64,000 bases of DNA, from positions 32,001-96,000 of IMG/VR virus record IMGVR_UViG_3300018080_000116, one strand, 5' to 3'. How positions within the stretch are numbered: position 1 is the stretch's first letter; every line of letters begins with the position of its first letter. The translations under genes and the position numbers were made by a program. Below the pieces are notes generated by a model. The model was not told the DNA's origin and did no database searches. It saw only the letters and a list, made by a program, of their open reading frames with translations. This document shows positions 39,057 to 46,769 of this stretch, piece by piece. This DNA comes from a virus.

Positions 39057-39986
39057 ATGGCAGACCGTACCTACACTCTGACGTTCAATTCCCTGACCCT
39101 GGATACCACGAACCTCCGCATGGACAAGCGAGGGGGTCAGGAGGTCATCGACTACTTCTTCCTCGATGACACGTACACGATCCAGGACGACGAGATCGTC
39201 GATGTCGCCACCTTCCGCAGGTTGCTGGAAGAGGGTGACGAGACGACAATCGTGGAGATCGACGGCGACCGGACGGTGTTGAAGGTCGAGATCGACCTGT
39301 ACCCGATCCACAAGCCCGATCCGCCGACGCTGGCGTGCATGAAGACGCACATGGACGGTGCCCACTGCGGTCTCGGCGACTGGTATGACGAGATCGAGCA
39401 GGGCATCCAGGAGGCGCTGAACCAGGGTCCGGAGCACGAGTGGACGACTGGTTGGTATGCCAGCAAGAAAGAGATCGCTTCCGCCCGGATCACCAATGCC
39501 GAGGGTGGCATCCGGATCGAGGTCTCGGTCTCTGACGACTTCGACACTCCCGGCATGGGCGAGCGAGTCATTCAGCACACCACCGACCTGGAGACGATCC
39601 GGACGGCGATCTACGAAGCGTGGGAGGGTGCAGAGGACGACCAAAAGGACAATCGTGCCTATGCAGGCTACAGCATCCTCACCGAGGTCGATCTGGCTGA
39701 ACATTGGAAGGGGTGCAACGTGTTCCCCGAGCCCAAGGGCAAGGGGCAGGTCTGCATTGACTACTACATCGCTTGTGTGAGTCCGTTTGACGAAGAGTTC
39801 CCGCCCGGCGACAATTATCACGAGTGGGGGTTCCAGGGCGGCAGCGACGACGTACCCAAGCACGTGAGGGACCAGCTTGCCGAATGGGCCGAGCGTCACA
39901 AATATGGTGATGCCGAGGGCGAGTCTCTGACCGTCGAAGGGTACACGATCAAACCCTGGGACGAAAATAAAATTGGAAAAGACTGA
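39057..39986 (+). CDS. acidic hypothetical protein
   Basis: 309 aa; TGA lies inside the next -35 box. Confidence 0.85.
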   Translation: MADRTYTLTFNSLTLDTTNLRMDKRGGQEVIDYFFLDDTYTIQDDEIVDVATFRRLLEEGDETTIVEIDGDRTVLKVEIDLYPIHKPDPPTLACMKTHMDGAHCGLGDWYDEIEQGIQEALNQGPEHEWTTGWYASKKEIASARITNAEGGIRIEVSVSDDFDTPGMGERVIQHTTDLETIRTAIYEAWEGAEDDQKDNRAYAGYSILTEVDLAEHWKGCNVFPEPKGKGQVCIDYYIACVSPFDEEFPPGDNYHEWGFQGGSDDVPKHVRDQLAEWAERHKYGDAEGESLTVEGYTIKPWDENKIGKD

Positions 39987-40012
39987 ACCTTTTAAGAGGG
40001 TCGGTGTATAAG
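39983..40012 (+). promoter_or_regulatory. class I promoter element followed by a 13-bp 5' hairpin
   Basis: CTGAACC-N14-GTGTATAAG, then GGGGCGACGGCAA-ca-TTGCCGTCGCCCC. Confidence 0.8.
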
Positions 40013-40058
40013 GGGGCGACGGCAACATTGCCGTCGCCCCTATCCGAAGGAGAACCCC

Positions 40059-40535
40059 ATGAGCGACCTTTATCGACGCCGGTTGGAAGCACGAGTCAAG
40101 GCAGTCAACCGAGCCCACGCCGAGGCCAATCGCCTGTGTGCCCTGTTTCGAGCCCATTTCACCGATCTGGTGGGCAAGAAGATTCTGACCGTTGACGGCA
40201 ACTTCATGGCCCGAGTCAAGCAGGCGATGCCCGAATTGCCCCATACGGACGGCCTGATGGTGTATCGCTACCGCAGCGAGTATTCTCTGACGTTCGTGGT
40301 CAAGACGAACGAGATGATCGAGGGCGAGCACTCCTGCCTGTACTATGAAGCGTCGTTCGACGTGGGCAACCTGGACGGCCAGAACCTCAAAGAGATCGAC
40401 CAGCGCCCGTGTGAGTACCGGACGGACTTCACGGCGGAAGAGATCGCCGACCTGCGAGCGGATTACCAGCAGAAGCAGAAGATCGCCGACGCTGCCAAAT
40501 CGGCCTTGTACCCCTTTGGCGAGCACGACAGATAA
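40059..40535 (+). CDS. hypothetical protein
   Basis: SD AGGAG. Confidence 0.85.
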   Translation: MSDLYRRRLEARVKAVNRAHAEANRLCALFRAHFTDLVGKKILTVDGNFMARVKQAMPELPHTDGLMVYRYRSEYSLTFVVKTNEMIEGEHSCLYYEASFDVGNLDGQNLKEIDQRPCEYRTDFTAEEIADLRADYQQKQKIADAAKSALYPFGEHDR

Positions 40536-40548
40536 AATTCAGAATTGA

Positions 40549-40579
40549 CCGAACCCTTTGCGGCTGAGCCGTGTATAAG
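40549..40579 (+). promoter_or_regulatory. class I promoter element with rod-like leader
   Basis: CCGAACC-N15-GTGTATAAG; leader stems TGGGAGGC/GCCTCCCA and GCTGGC/GCCAGC. Confidence 0.8.
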
Positions 40580-40685
40580 GGGGCGAACCTGGGAGGCAAC
40601 AAACGGCTGGCGGGTAGATGTGCCCTTCGCATCCTTAGAAAAGCCAGCGGCCTCCCACCTTTCTGTCACTCAGTTGGAGAACCCC

Positions 40686-41687
40686 ATGTCGTATCACGAA
40701 GCCACCCAAGCGTTGGAACGTTGCCTGCTCGACCGTCGTCTGGTCGGCAGCAACCAGTACGTTGTGTCCAGCAGCACGCTGGAACCGGATGGACGCCGCC
40801 GCAAGGCGCTGATCCGCCGCCTTCTCAAGGAAGGCATGATGACCGCCCACGAGCAGGGTATGCTCGATGCCTTCGATCCCACCGACAAGGTGTTGACCGG
40901 CCTGACGCCGGATGTCGTGGACTTCAAGGCCAAGTGGGAAGAGGGTCGTCGTGACCGTGAGGTCCGCTACTACGCTCGTGACCGCTGGTTCATCCGGTTC
41001 GAGGAACTGAGCTACGCCGAGCGGCTGGGCATCCTCGATCTGGCAGGTGAGATGGGGGTCCGCTTCTACGTCGTGGATGGCACGCCGCTGAACTACTCGG
41101 CGAGCCACTATGCCGACGAGCCCGGCATCCAAGAGGATCGAGGCTCGTGCGAGTGGCACGGCCCGTTTGCGACCCTGGATCAGGCTCAGGAGCAGCGGTC
41201 GAAGTGCTACGCTCGCAGCAGTGGTATGCGGTGCGGCTACGAGATTGTGTTCGACACCGAGGAACTGGAAGCCCACATCGACGAAGCCTGCTTCGAGGAA
41301 CGGTTCCAGGAATACTACCCGAAGCTCTTCGCCTGGGCGCTGGTCAAGTGCGGCATCCTGTCCGAAGACGAGGCATACGAGACGTACCAGCAGGGCGACG
41401 AGACCAAGAAGCGCCCGCTGGTGACCGTCGCCGATGGGCACGGTCTCATCATCGGCAACCGAGCCAACGTGTCGGCCAAGCCCGACCAGTGGCAGGCCGA
41501 TGTCACCAAGGGCATCGACCGCCTGATCGACCAGATCGCCCAGGCCCAGGCCAAGCTGGAACTGTATCGCAAGATCGAGAAGGGGCTGGCGGCATACGTC
41601 GGTGGGTTCGCACAGTTCCTCGAAGACTACAAGGGACACCTGCGGACGGCCTTGCAGCAGGAAGACAACGAAGCCGAAGCAGCCTGA
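40686..41687 (+). CDS. hypothetical protein ending in -EAA
   Basis: SD GGAG; C-terminal coiled coil. Confidence 0.85.
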   Translation: MSYHEATQALERCLLDRRLVGSNQYVVSSSTLEPDGRRRKALIRRLLKEGMMTAHEQGMLDAFDPTDKVLTGLTPDVVDFKAKWEEGRRDREVRYYARDRWFIRFEELSYAERLGILDLAGEMGVRFYVVDGTPLNYSASHYADEPGIQEDRGSCEWHGPFATLDQAQEQRSKCYARSSGMRCGYEIVFDTEELEAHIDEACFEERFQEYYPKLFAWALVKCGILSEDEAYETYQQGDETKKRPLVTVADGHGLIIGNRANVSAKPDQWQADVTKGIDRLIDQIAQAQAKLELYRKIEKGLAAYVGGFAQFLEDYKGHLRTALQQEDNEAEAA

Positions 41688-41705
41688 TTGGGGAGTTGCA
41701 ACCCT

Positions 41706-41733
41706 GAGCCCCCGGCCCTTGGGCCGGGGGCTC
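41706..41733. terminator. hairpin (CCCGGCC family)
   Basis: GAGCCCCCGGCCC-tt-GGGCCGGGGGCTC. Confidence 0.65.
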
Positions 41734-41768
41734 CTTCTAAGTTCGGATGTATAACGGAGCCCCATACC

Positions 41769-41909
41769 ATGACAGCCAACAGGTTCAACGCCCTTTGTTG
41801 CGAAGCCCTAGTCCACCCGGCGATTGCTCTTGAGAACGAAGAGATCGTCGAGGCATTGCGGCAGAGGAATGACGCCAGGGTCGAGGCCCTGTTGCGAGAG
41901 GAATTCTAA
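41769..41909 (+). CDS. 46-aa protein
   Basis: SD ACGGAG; TAATG coupling; preceded by variant box CGGATGTATAAC. Confidence 0.7.
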   Translation: MTANRFNALCCEALVHPAIALENEEIVEALRQRNDARVEALLREEF

Positions 41910-42097
41910 TGATCCAGGTACTTGAAGCCCAGTCCGACCGGTTTCGCATCGTCATGCAGATCGGTGCATTGTACGCCAGCATCAATCTCAAGACAGGCCA
42001 GTGTCAGACCACGAGCGGCGATATGTGGTTCGACAGCGACCTGGACGAAGTTGTGGGCATGATCCGCCACGAGCGGAGCATCCGGAGGGCAGCATGA
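41909..42097 (+). CDS. small protein ending in -RRAA
   Basis: TAATG/ATGA coupling. Confidence 0.75.
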   Translation: MIQVLEAQSDRFRIVMQIGALYASINLKTGQCQTTSGDMWFDSDLDEVVGMIRHERSIRRAA

Positions 42098-42315
42098 AGA
42101 TCGTAGTCGGCGACTCAGTTCGCCAAGCAACGTACCCTGAGGGTCGTCAGTTCGGCCCGGTACGCACGGTCACATCAACCGACCGAAAGCCCGGCCAGTT
42201 CGGCGAGCAAGCCTTCTGGTGTGGCAACCTGGGCCTGACGACATTGTGTGCCGTCAAGGTCGAGCCCCAAAGGAGAGACCATGATCTTAGGCAGCAGCCA
42301 CCACAAGAACACTGA
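42094..42315 (+). CDS. small hypothetical protein
   Basis: ATGA overlap. Confidence 0.65.
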   Translation: MKIVVGDSVRQATYPEGRQFGPVRTVTSTDRKPGQFGEQAFWCGNLGLTTLCAVKVEPQRRDHDLRQQPPQEH

Positions 42316-42469
42316 GCGCACCATCCCCATCGAATGTGAGCCGGGCGGCGGCTACATCATACTGACCGCCGACGAGTTCGACCGACTCCAGCAGGGCGAG
42401 CCGGTCAAGAAGCGTAGCGGCGACTGCCGTGGCGACTTCGAGATTGTCGCCCAAATAGTTCGAAAATAA
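42281..42469 (+). CDS. small hypothetical protein
   Basis: SD AGGAG; TAA directly abuts CCGAACC. Confidence 0.75.
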   Translation: MILGSSHHKNTERTIPIECEPGGGYIILTADEFDRLQQGEPVKKRSGDCRGDFEIVAQIVRK

Positions 42470-42500
42470 CCGAACCCTTTCCCCACCAGCCGTGTATAAG
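42470..42500 (+). promoter_or_regulatory. class I promoter element
   Basis: CCGAACC-N15-GTGTATAAG. Confidence 0.8.
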
Positions 42501-42512
42501 GGGGCGACCCCA

Positions 42513-42535
42513 GGATACATCCGTAGGATATATCC
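42513..42535. repeat. two GGATNNATCC boxes, 13-bp period
   Basis: GGATACATCC 42513 and GGATATATCC 42526, just downstream of the promoter. Confidence 0.7.
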
Positions 42536-42559
42536 CACTCAGTCAGGAGAGACTCGCAC

Positions 42560-42820
42560 ATGTCCCATCCCACCGCCCAAGAGGTCGCAGACATCCTCAG
42601 TAGCTTTGTCAATGGCATGAGGAGCGACGACGTGGCAGAACTGGTCGATCTGATGCAGCGTGACCACCCGACCTTGGTCACCAACAAGGGCCGACTTTTT
42701 CTGGCCTTCTTCGAGGCCGGAACTGATGACAACGGCGACCTGCGGCGTGAGGCCCTGGCCAAGCTATCCCAGGCCATTGCCGATCTGCCGGTCGAGGTAA
42801 AGCACCTACCGTACATATGA
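42560..42820 (+). CDS. small hypothetical protein
   Basis: SD AGGAG. Confidence 0.8.
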   Translation: MSHPTAQEVADILSSFVNGMRSDDVAELVDLMQRDHPTLVTNKGRLFLAFFEAGTDDNGDLRREALAKLSQAIADLPVEVKHLPYI

Positions 42821-42853
42821 TCCTTTCTCCTTGACTGGGTGACAGGGACGTAG

Positions 42854-42879
42854 GGGCCCGGCCCACCAGGGCCGGGCCC
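42854..42879. terminator. hairpin (CCCGGCC family)
   Basis: GGGCCCGGCCC-acca-GGGCCGGGCCC. Confidence 0.55.
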
Positions 42880-42919
42880 TGAACCCCGCACCACAAGCAC
42901 CACATTACTGGAGATCACC

Positions 42920-43951
42920 ATGGCCAGGAAAAAGAAGAAGAGAGATGGGCGAGAGATCAGGGCAGAGATTCAGAAGGAGATGACCGAGCGAATTGTGCAG
43001 GCCATCAAGGACGGCAAGCCGCCCTGGCGCAAGCCCTGGAGCAGCAGCCCGAACGCTGGTTGGCCGAAGAACATTGCCAGCAAGAAGCCGTACCGTGGCA
43101 TGAACCCCTTGCTGTTGACCTGTACGTGCATGGACTACGGCTACGATAGCTGTTGGTGGGGCACGTACAAGCAGTGGGGCGACCTGGGATGTCAGGTCAA
43201 GAAGCGGCCCGACGATGTGGAGTATTGGGGCACGAGGATCGTCTACTGGAGCCCGGTGCAGAGCACCCGCCCCAAGGACAAGGACGACCCGGACGGCGAG
43301 CGTGAGAAGTTCACGTGGTTCATGCTCAAGACCTACACGGTGTTCAACCTGGAGCAGGTTGACGACCCGGACGGCAAGCTTGAGAAGTTCGTCATCGACA
43401 AGGAGAAGCCCCAGATCGCCCCCGAGGCCATCGAAGACCCGGTGTTCGATATGGCTCGTGAGGTGATCGCTGCCACCGGTGCCAAGATCAGCCATGGTGG
43501 CGACCGAGCTTTCTACCGATTGCCCCAGCCCTACGAGGACTGGCCGAACCACAAGAGTGGTGACACGATCCGGCTGCCCAAGCCCGAGACCTTCGTGGCA
43601 CCTCAAGATTACTACTACACGGCCTTCCACGAGCTAGGGCACTGGAGCGAGGTGCGTCTGGGCCAGAAGGATGAGAAGTACGCCTTCAACGAACTGGTTG
43701 CTGAAATGGCGTCCTGCTTCATGGCCTCAGCATGTCAGATTCCGCAGTCCGATGTGATGGACAATCACGAGCGCTACATGGCCTCGTGGTTGGGCCGGAT
43801 GGGCGACGACCCGTCCTTCATCTTCAAGGCCAGCACGCTCGCAGCAAAGACCACTGAGCACCTGCTGAGCTACAGCGGCCACGAGGATGTGATCGGCGGT
43901 CAGCATGGCACTAAGGAGCTTGAGGGCGAGGAGCAGGCAGCCGCCGCTTAA
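42920..43951 (+). CDS. ardC: ArdC-like ssDNA-binding/antirestriction protein (DUF1738 plus zincin-like domain)
   Basis: PPWRKPW...P.N..SKKPYRGMN.L.L, WGTYKQW..LG.QVKK, YTVFNLEQ, FHELGHWS, YAFNELVAEMAS. Confidence 0.9.
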   Translation: MARKKKKRDGREIRAEIQKEMTERIVQAIKDGKPPWRKPWSSSPNAGWPKNIASKKPYRGMNPLLLTCTCMDYGYDSCWWGTYKQWGDLGCQVKKRPDDVEYWGTRIVYWSPVQSTRPKDKDDPDGEREKFTWFMLKTYTVFNLEQVDDPDGKLEKFVIDKEKPQIAPEAIEDPVFDMAREVIAATGAKISHGGDRAFYRLPQPYEDWPNHKSGDTIRLPKPETFVAPQDYYYTAFHELGHWSEVRLGQKDEKYAFNELVAEMASCFMASACQIPQSDVMDNHERYMASWLGRMGDDPSFIFKASTLAAKTTEHLLSYSGHEDVIGGQHGTKELEGEEQAAAA

Positions 43952-43961
43952 GAAGGGAAGG

Positions 43962-43993
43962 AGATCTCGCCCGGCCTGGGCCGGGCGAGATCT
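43962..43993. terminator. hairpin (CCCGGCC family)
   Basis: 15-bp stem AGATCTCGCCCGGCC/GGCCGGGCGAGATCT. Confidence 0.65.
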
Positions 43994-44289
43994 TGATACT
44001 CATCATGAAAAAGTATTGGTTCAAGACATCGAGTGGTTCAGTCGTGGGCATGCATGGTTTTGGTGAGGTGAATGCCCTGGCGAACCTAAGGCACTGTCTG
44101 CCGCAGATCGAGGTTGTGTACAGGTGTGACAGCGAGGGCAACCCAAGGAGGATCTGCGAGGACTAGTATATAGCAGAACAATGGTGCTGCGAGCGGATCG
44201 ATGGGAGTGGTGCCCCAGAAGGACCGACCTGCTCGCCTCTAGAAGCCCGCTGGGATGGCATGGCCTCCAGCGGGCTTTCTTCATGCGCA

Positions 44290-44510
44290 ATTTGTGAGAT
44301 TTATTCTGGATTTTTCTTTTTTGGATTTTCGAATTGATCTCGGGATTTTTCATTTGCGCAGTGGGATTTTAGTCCAGATGTATAACACGTGGTTGGCCTG
44401 GACGGTTTTAAGTGCAGATGTATAAGGGGGCGGCACCGCCGAGCCGGGTGCCCTGGCGGCTGCGCCGCCAGGGCACCGAACCTTTCGGCGTCGAGCCGTG
44501 TATAAGGGGG
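44290..44510. repeat. control block copy B
   Basis: GATTT tract, CAGATGTATAA boxes at 44375 and 44415, hairpin 44447-44477, promoter. Confidence 0.7.
44476..44506 (+). promoter_or_regulatory. class I promoter element
   Basis: CCGAACC-N15-GTGTATAAG. Confidence 0.8.
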
Positions 44511-44561
44511 CGATCCGGCTGGTGCCGGGTGGCACCGGCCACTGACAAGGAGGCCCAAGCC

Positions 44562-44705
44562 ATGACTATGCAAGAACTGAACGACCTGAGCCGCAGGCAG
44601 TTGGAGGCCGAGGCGATCCGCCGTGGCTACCGTCCCGACCCGGACGACACCGACGAAGACCTGCGGAGCGTGATCCACCAGCGAGACCAAAGGAAGGCAG
44701 CATGA
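44562..44705 (+). CDS. 47-aa protein ending in -KAA
   Basis: SD AGGAGG. Confidence 0.75.
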   Translation: MTMQELNDLSRRQLEAEAIRRGYRPDPDDTDEDLRSVIHQRDQRKAA

Positions 44706-44983
44706 TCGTACCGAACGGCGACGAGGCGTATGCCCTGTCCGAGCGATATGACGAGCCGAGCGAGGCTGATCTGTTCGACGTGGACGATGCCCAGGCGATC
44801 AAGGCCAGCAACCGGCAGGCCAAGGTGGGCACCAGGGTGATCTGCCCGACCTGCGGTTGCCGGTTCACGAAGCGATCCTATCAGCACGTGTTCTGCCGGT
44901 CCAAAGGCCGAGGGAACTGCAAGGATCGGTTCCACAACCTCGCCAGCCCGGAGCGACTGGCGAGGGCCAGGGCGTGGTCCTAG
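44702..44983 (+). CDS. small Zn-finger protein
   Basis: CPTCG.RF...FC...C. Confidence 0.8.
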   Translation: MIVPNGDEAYALSERYDEPSEADLFDVDDAQAIKASNRQAKVGTRVICPTCGCRFTKRSYQHVFCRSKGRGNCKDRFHNLASPERLARARAWS

Positions 44984-45156
44984 TACATGAACCGCTGCGC
45001 CTTGATCTTCGCTTGCAGGTCGAGGCGGCGATCTTCGTCGCCGTCTTCGTCCATCCGCATTAGATCGTCAACCTCGTGCCACTCCAGGCCGCAGTAGGTG
45101 CAGCCGAGGTCACGGAAGTCAACTGGCAGGGGTTGGCAGCATCGTGGGCAACGCAT
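44980..45156 (-). CDS. 58-aa Zn-ribbon protein (not in ORF track)
   Basis: hand translation MRCPRCCQPLPVDFRDLGCTYCGLEW...RFMY*; SD GGAG; stop overlaps that of 44702..44983. Confidence 0.7.
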   Translation of the reverse strand: MRCPRCCQPLPVDFRDLGCTYCGLEWHEVDDLMRMDEDGDEDRRLDLQAKIKAQRFMY

Positions 45157-45251
45157 TGTATTCTCCGGGTTAGAGTGTTGGGCGAGCGACCTGCCCGCCC
45201 TTCACTTCCCTTTAGGCACCTGCGGCGGCAAGAAATAAAAAGAAAATTAGA

Positions 45252-45281
45252 CCGAACCTTTTTTGATCTTGTGTGTATAAG
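45252..45281 (+). promoter_or_regulatory. class I promoter element driving the ORF-less RNA cassette
   Basis: CCGAACC-N14-GTGTATAAG. Confidence 0.8.
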
Positions 45282-45474
45282 GGGGCGAACGGTGGGTGAG
45301 CAGCCCCGCAAGTCGCAGCAAGGCACGCTGCGAGCCGTCCCAGGCCGACCCGCTGACGAGGCAAACAGGCCATTCACTGATCCCCGCTCGTCTCAACCGT
45401 TATCAGTGTGGGTTGAGTGGTGTAAGGCGCAAGCCAGGGGGCACACCCAACATGGCGTTGGGAGGTACGAGGGT

Positions 45475-45543
45475 TCGATCATGGTGTAGTGGTAGCACAC
45501 CGGCGTGCAGCCGGAAGTATGGGTTCGAGTCCCATTGATCGTC
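45475..45543 (+). tRNA. aberrant tRNA-like gene (His-like body, 5-nt anticodon loop GTGCA, no CCA)
   Basis: acceptor CGATCA/TGATCG, D arm GTGT-AGTGGTA-GCAC, AC stem CCGGC/GCCGG, T arm ATGGG-TTCGAGT-CCCAT, discriminator C. Confidence 0.65.
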
Positions 45544-45724
45544 TTATCTGCGGTACGACTGCTGGCCCAGAGAGGTCAGCAGGTAGGGAATAGAGTCCTG
45601 TAGGAGTGCGAGATCGCTGCTGTGTACGAGGTGGGGAACCCGGCACGAGTGGCCCTTTGAGCCTACAGGTGAATACCGGAGAACGTCAGCCCCGTGGCGT
45701 TGAGCGTACCAACGAAACATGATT

Positions 45725-45853
45725 CGCTGCTTTGTGGTGTAATGTCAGCACTCTCGCCTTGAGTACCCGAGTCCGAGCCCCTGGTCATGCGGAGGGCAGA
45801 CGACTCGGCGAAATTGGCGGGGGGTCCGGGTGCATAGTCCCGGCTGAGCGGCG
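45725..45853 (+). tRNA. tRNA-like cloverleaf with a 57-nt structured insert replacing the anticodon loop
   Basis: acceptor 45725-34/45844-53, D arm GTGT-AATGTCA-GCAC, stem CTCGCC/GGCGGG, T arm CCGGG-TGCATAGT-CCCGG. Confidence 0.55.
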
Positions 45854-45867
45854 TTTTAAAAATTATG

Positions 45868-45897
45868 CCGAACCCTTTTCAGTTTGGCGTGTATAAG
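45868..45897 (+). promoter_or_regulatory. class I promoter element
   Basis: CCGAACC-N14-GTGTATAAG. Confidence 0.8.
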
Positions 45898-45935
45898 GGT
45901 GCGAACATCACGCACCTTTTAACGGAGTGGTCCCC

Positions 45936-46298
45936 ATGCTGAATCGAAAGATTGCCCTTTACGTCCCTGGCACAACTGACGTGAACGTGCCCGCCCCCGA
46001 GCAGCAGGCAGCCGCCGTTGTCCATGCTCTCGAACAGTTCGCCGAGTGGTTCGGTGGGGCGACCGTGATCGACGGTCAAGGGGCGTGGATGAGCGACGAA
46101 CACGGTCTCGTGGTCGAGCCCGTCCGCATCGTCTACTGCTTCACCGACGCCGAGGGATTGGCCAAGCATCTGAGTGAAGTCAAGCTGTTGGCCCGGCACG
46201 TCTGCCGAGCCATGTCCCAAGAGTGTGTCAGTCTGGAAGTGGCTGGCGAGTTGCAGTTCATCGAAGTCGCCGAGGTCGCCGACGAGAAGGTGGCCTAG
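45936..46298 (+). CDS. DUF3574-like/P-II-fold-like small protein
   Basis: FGGATVIDGQGAW...EP..IV...SQECV pattern; family tentative. Confidence 0.55.
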   Translation: MLNRKIALYVPGTTDVNVPAPEQQAAAVVHALEQFAEWFGGATVIDGQGAWMSDEHGLVVEPVRIVYCFTDAEGLAKHLSEVKLLARHVCRAMSQECVSLEVAGELQFIEVAEVADEKVA

Positions 46299-46308
46299 TG
46301 TCCCATCT

Positions 46309-46337
46309 GAGCCCCCTGGGCATCGCCCAGGGGGCTC
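46309..46337 (+). terminator. hairpin plus T run
   Basis: GAGCCCCCTGGGC-atc-GCCCAGGGGGCTC-TTT. Confidence 0.7.
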
Positions 46338-46370
46338 TTTGAGTGTCCCCTGACCAACGGAGCCAAAACC

Positions 46371-46634
46371 ATGAAGTCGCACGCACGCCCCCGTCTGGCA
46401 GCCGAGACGATTCCGCCGTTGACCGGTGCCTCGGTGATCCAGCCCGGCCACCCGTACTACACTCAGTACGTCAAGTGGCTCGAAGCCCGCAAGGCCGAGC
46501 TAGGCCCCGAGGCAGCCGTGAGCAACAAGCGCAAGGGGCGTTTGTTCTTGGCAGCCCATCCGCACCTGAAGCGCTGTTGGGAAGGCGTGATCCTTCACGC
46601 CCGCCGAATCGAGGCCGAGAAAAAAGCAGCATAA
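46371..46634 (+). CDS. small protein ending in -KKAA
   Basis: SD ACGGAG. Confidence 0.8.
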   Translation: MKSHARPRLAAETIPPLTGASVIQPGHPYYTQYVKWLEARKAELGPEAAVSNKRKGRLFLAAHPHLKRCWEGVILHARRIEAEKKAA

Positions 46635-46636
46635 GA

Positions 46637-46666
46637 CCGAACCCTTTTTCGTTTCGTGTGTATAAG
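46637..46666 (+). promoter_or_regulatory. class I promoter element with rod-like leader
   Basis: CCGAACC-N14-GTGTATAAG; leader stem GAGCAGAAC/GTTCTGCTC. Confidence 0.8.
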
Positions 46667-46769
46667 GGGGCGAACCGAGCAGAACGAAAGACCGGAACAA
46701 GACTAAACAGGTTTGGTTATTCCTGGTTCTGCTCTTTCCTAACCCCCATTCCTTACGGAGACCCGGATC

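Larger units (their letters stand above)
45288..45857 (+). ncRNA. ~570-nt structured RNA locus with two tRNA-like domains
   Basis: no SD-led ORF; many complementary stems found by eye (see findings). Confidence 0.7.

Noticed and set aside
39036-40526. 496-aa minus-strand ORF, and similar long antisense ORFs (1483..2532, 2860..4098, 4719..5765, 40635..41765, 46500..47555, 47311..48672)
   Set aside because: Shadows of GC3-rich + strand genes: no SD, they span promoters and terminators, and have no recognisable motifs
45545-45720. RNase P RNA, tmRNA or group I intron
   Set aside because: Only loose word matches (GGGAATAGAGTCC, TCAGCAGG); lacks the RNase P P4 consensus, the tmRNA tag ORF/CCA and ordered P-Q-R-S elements
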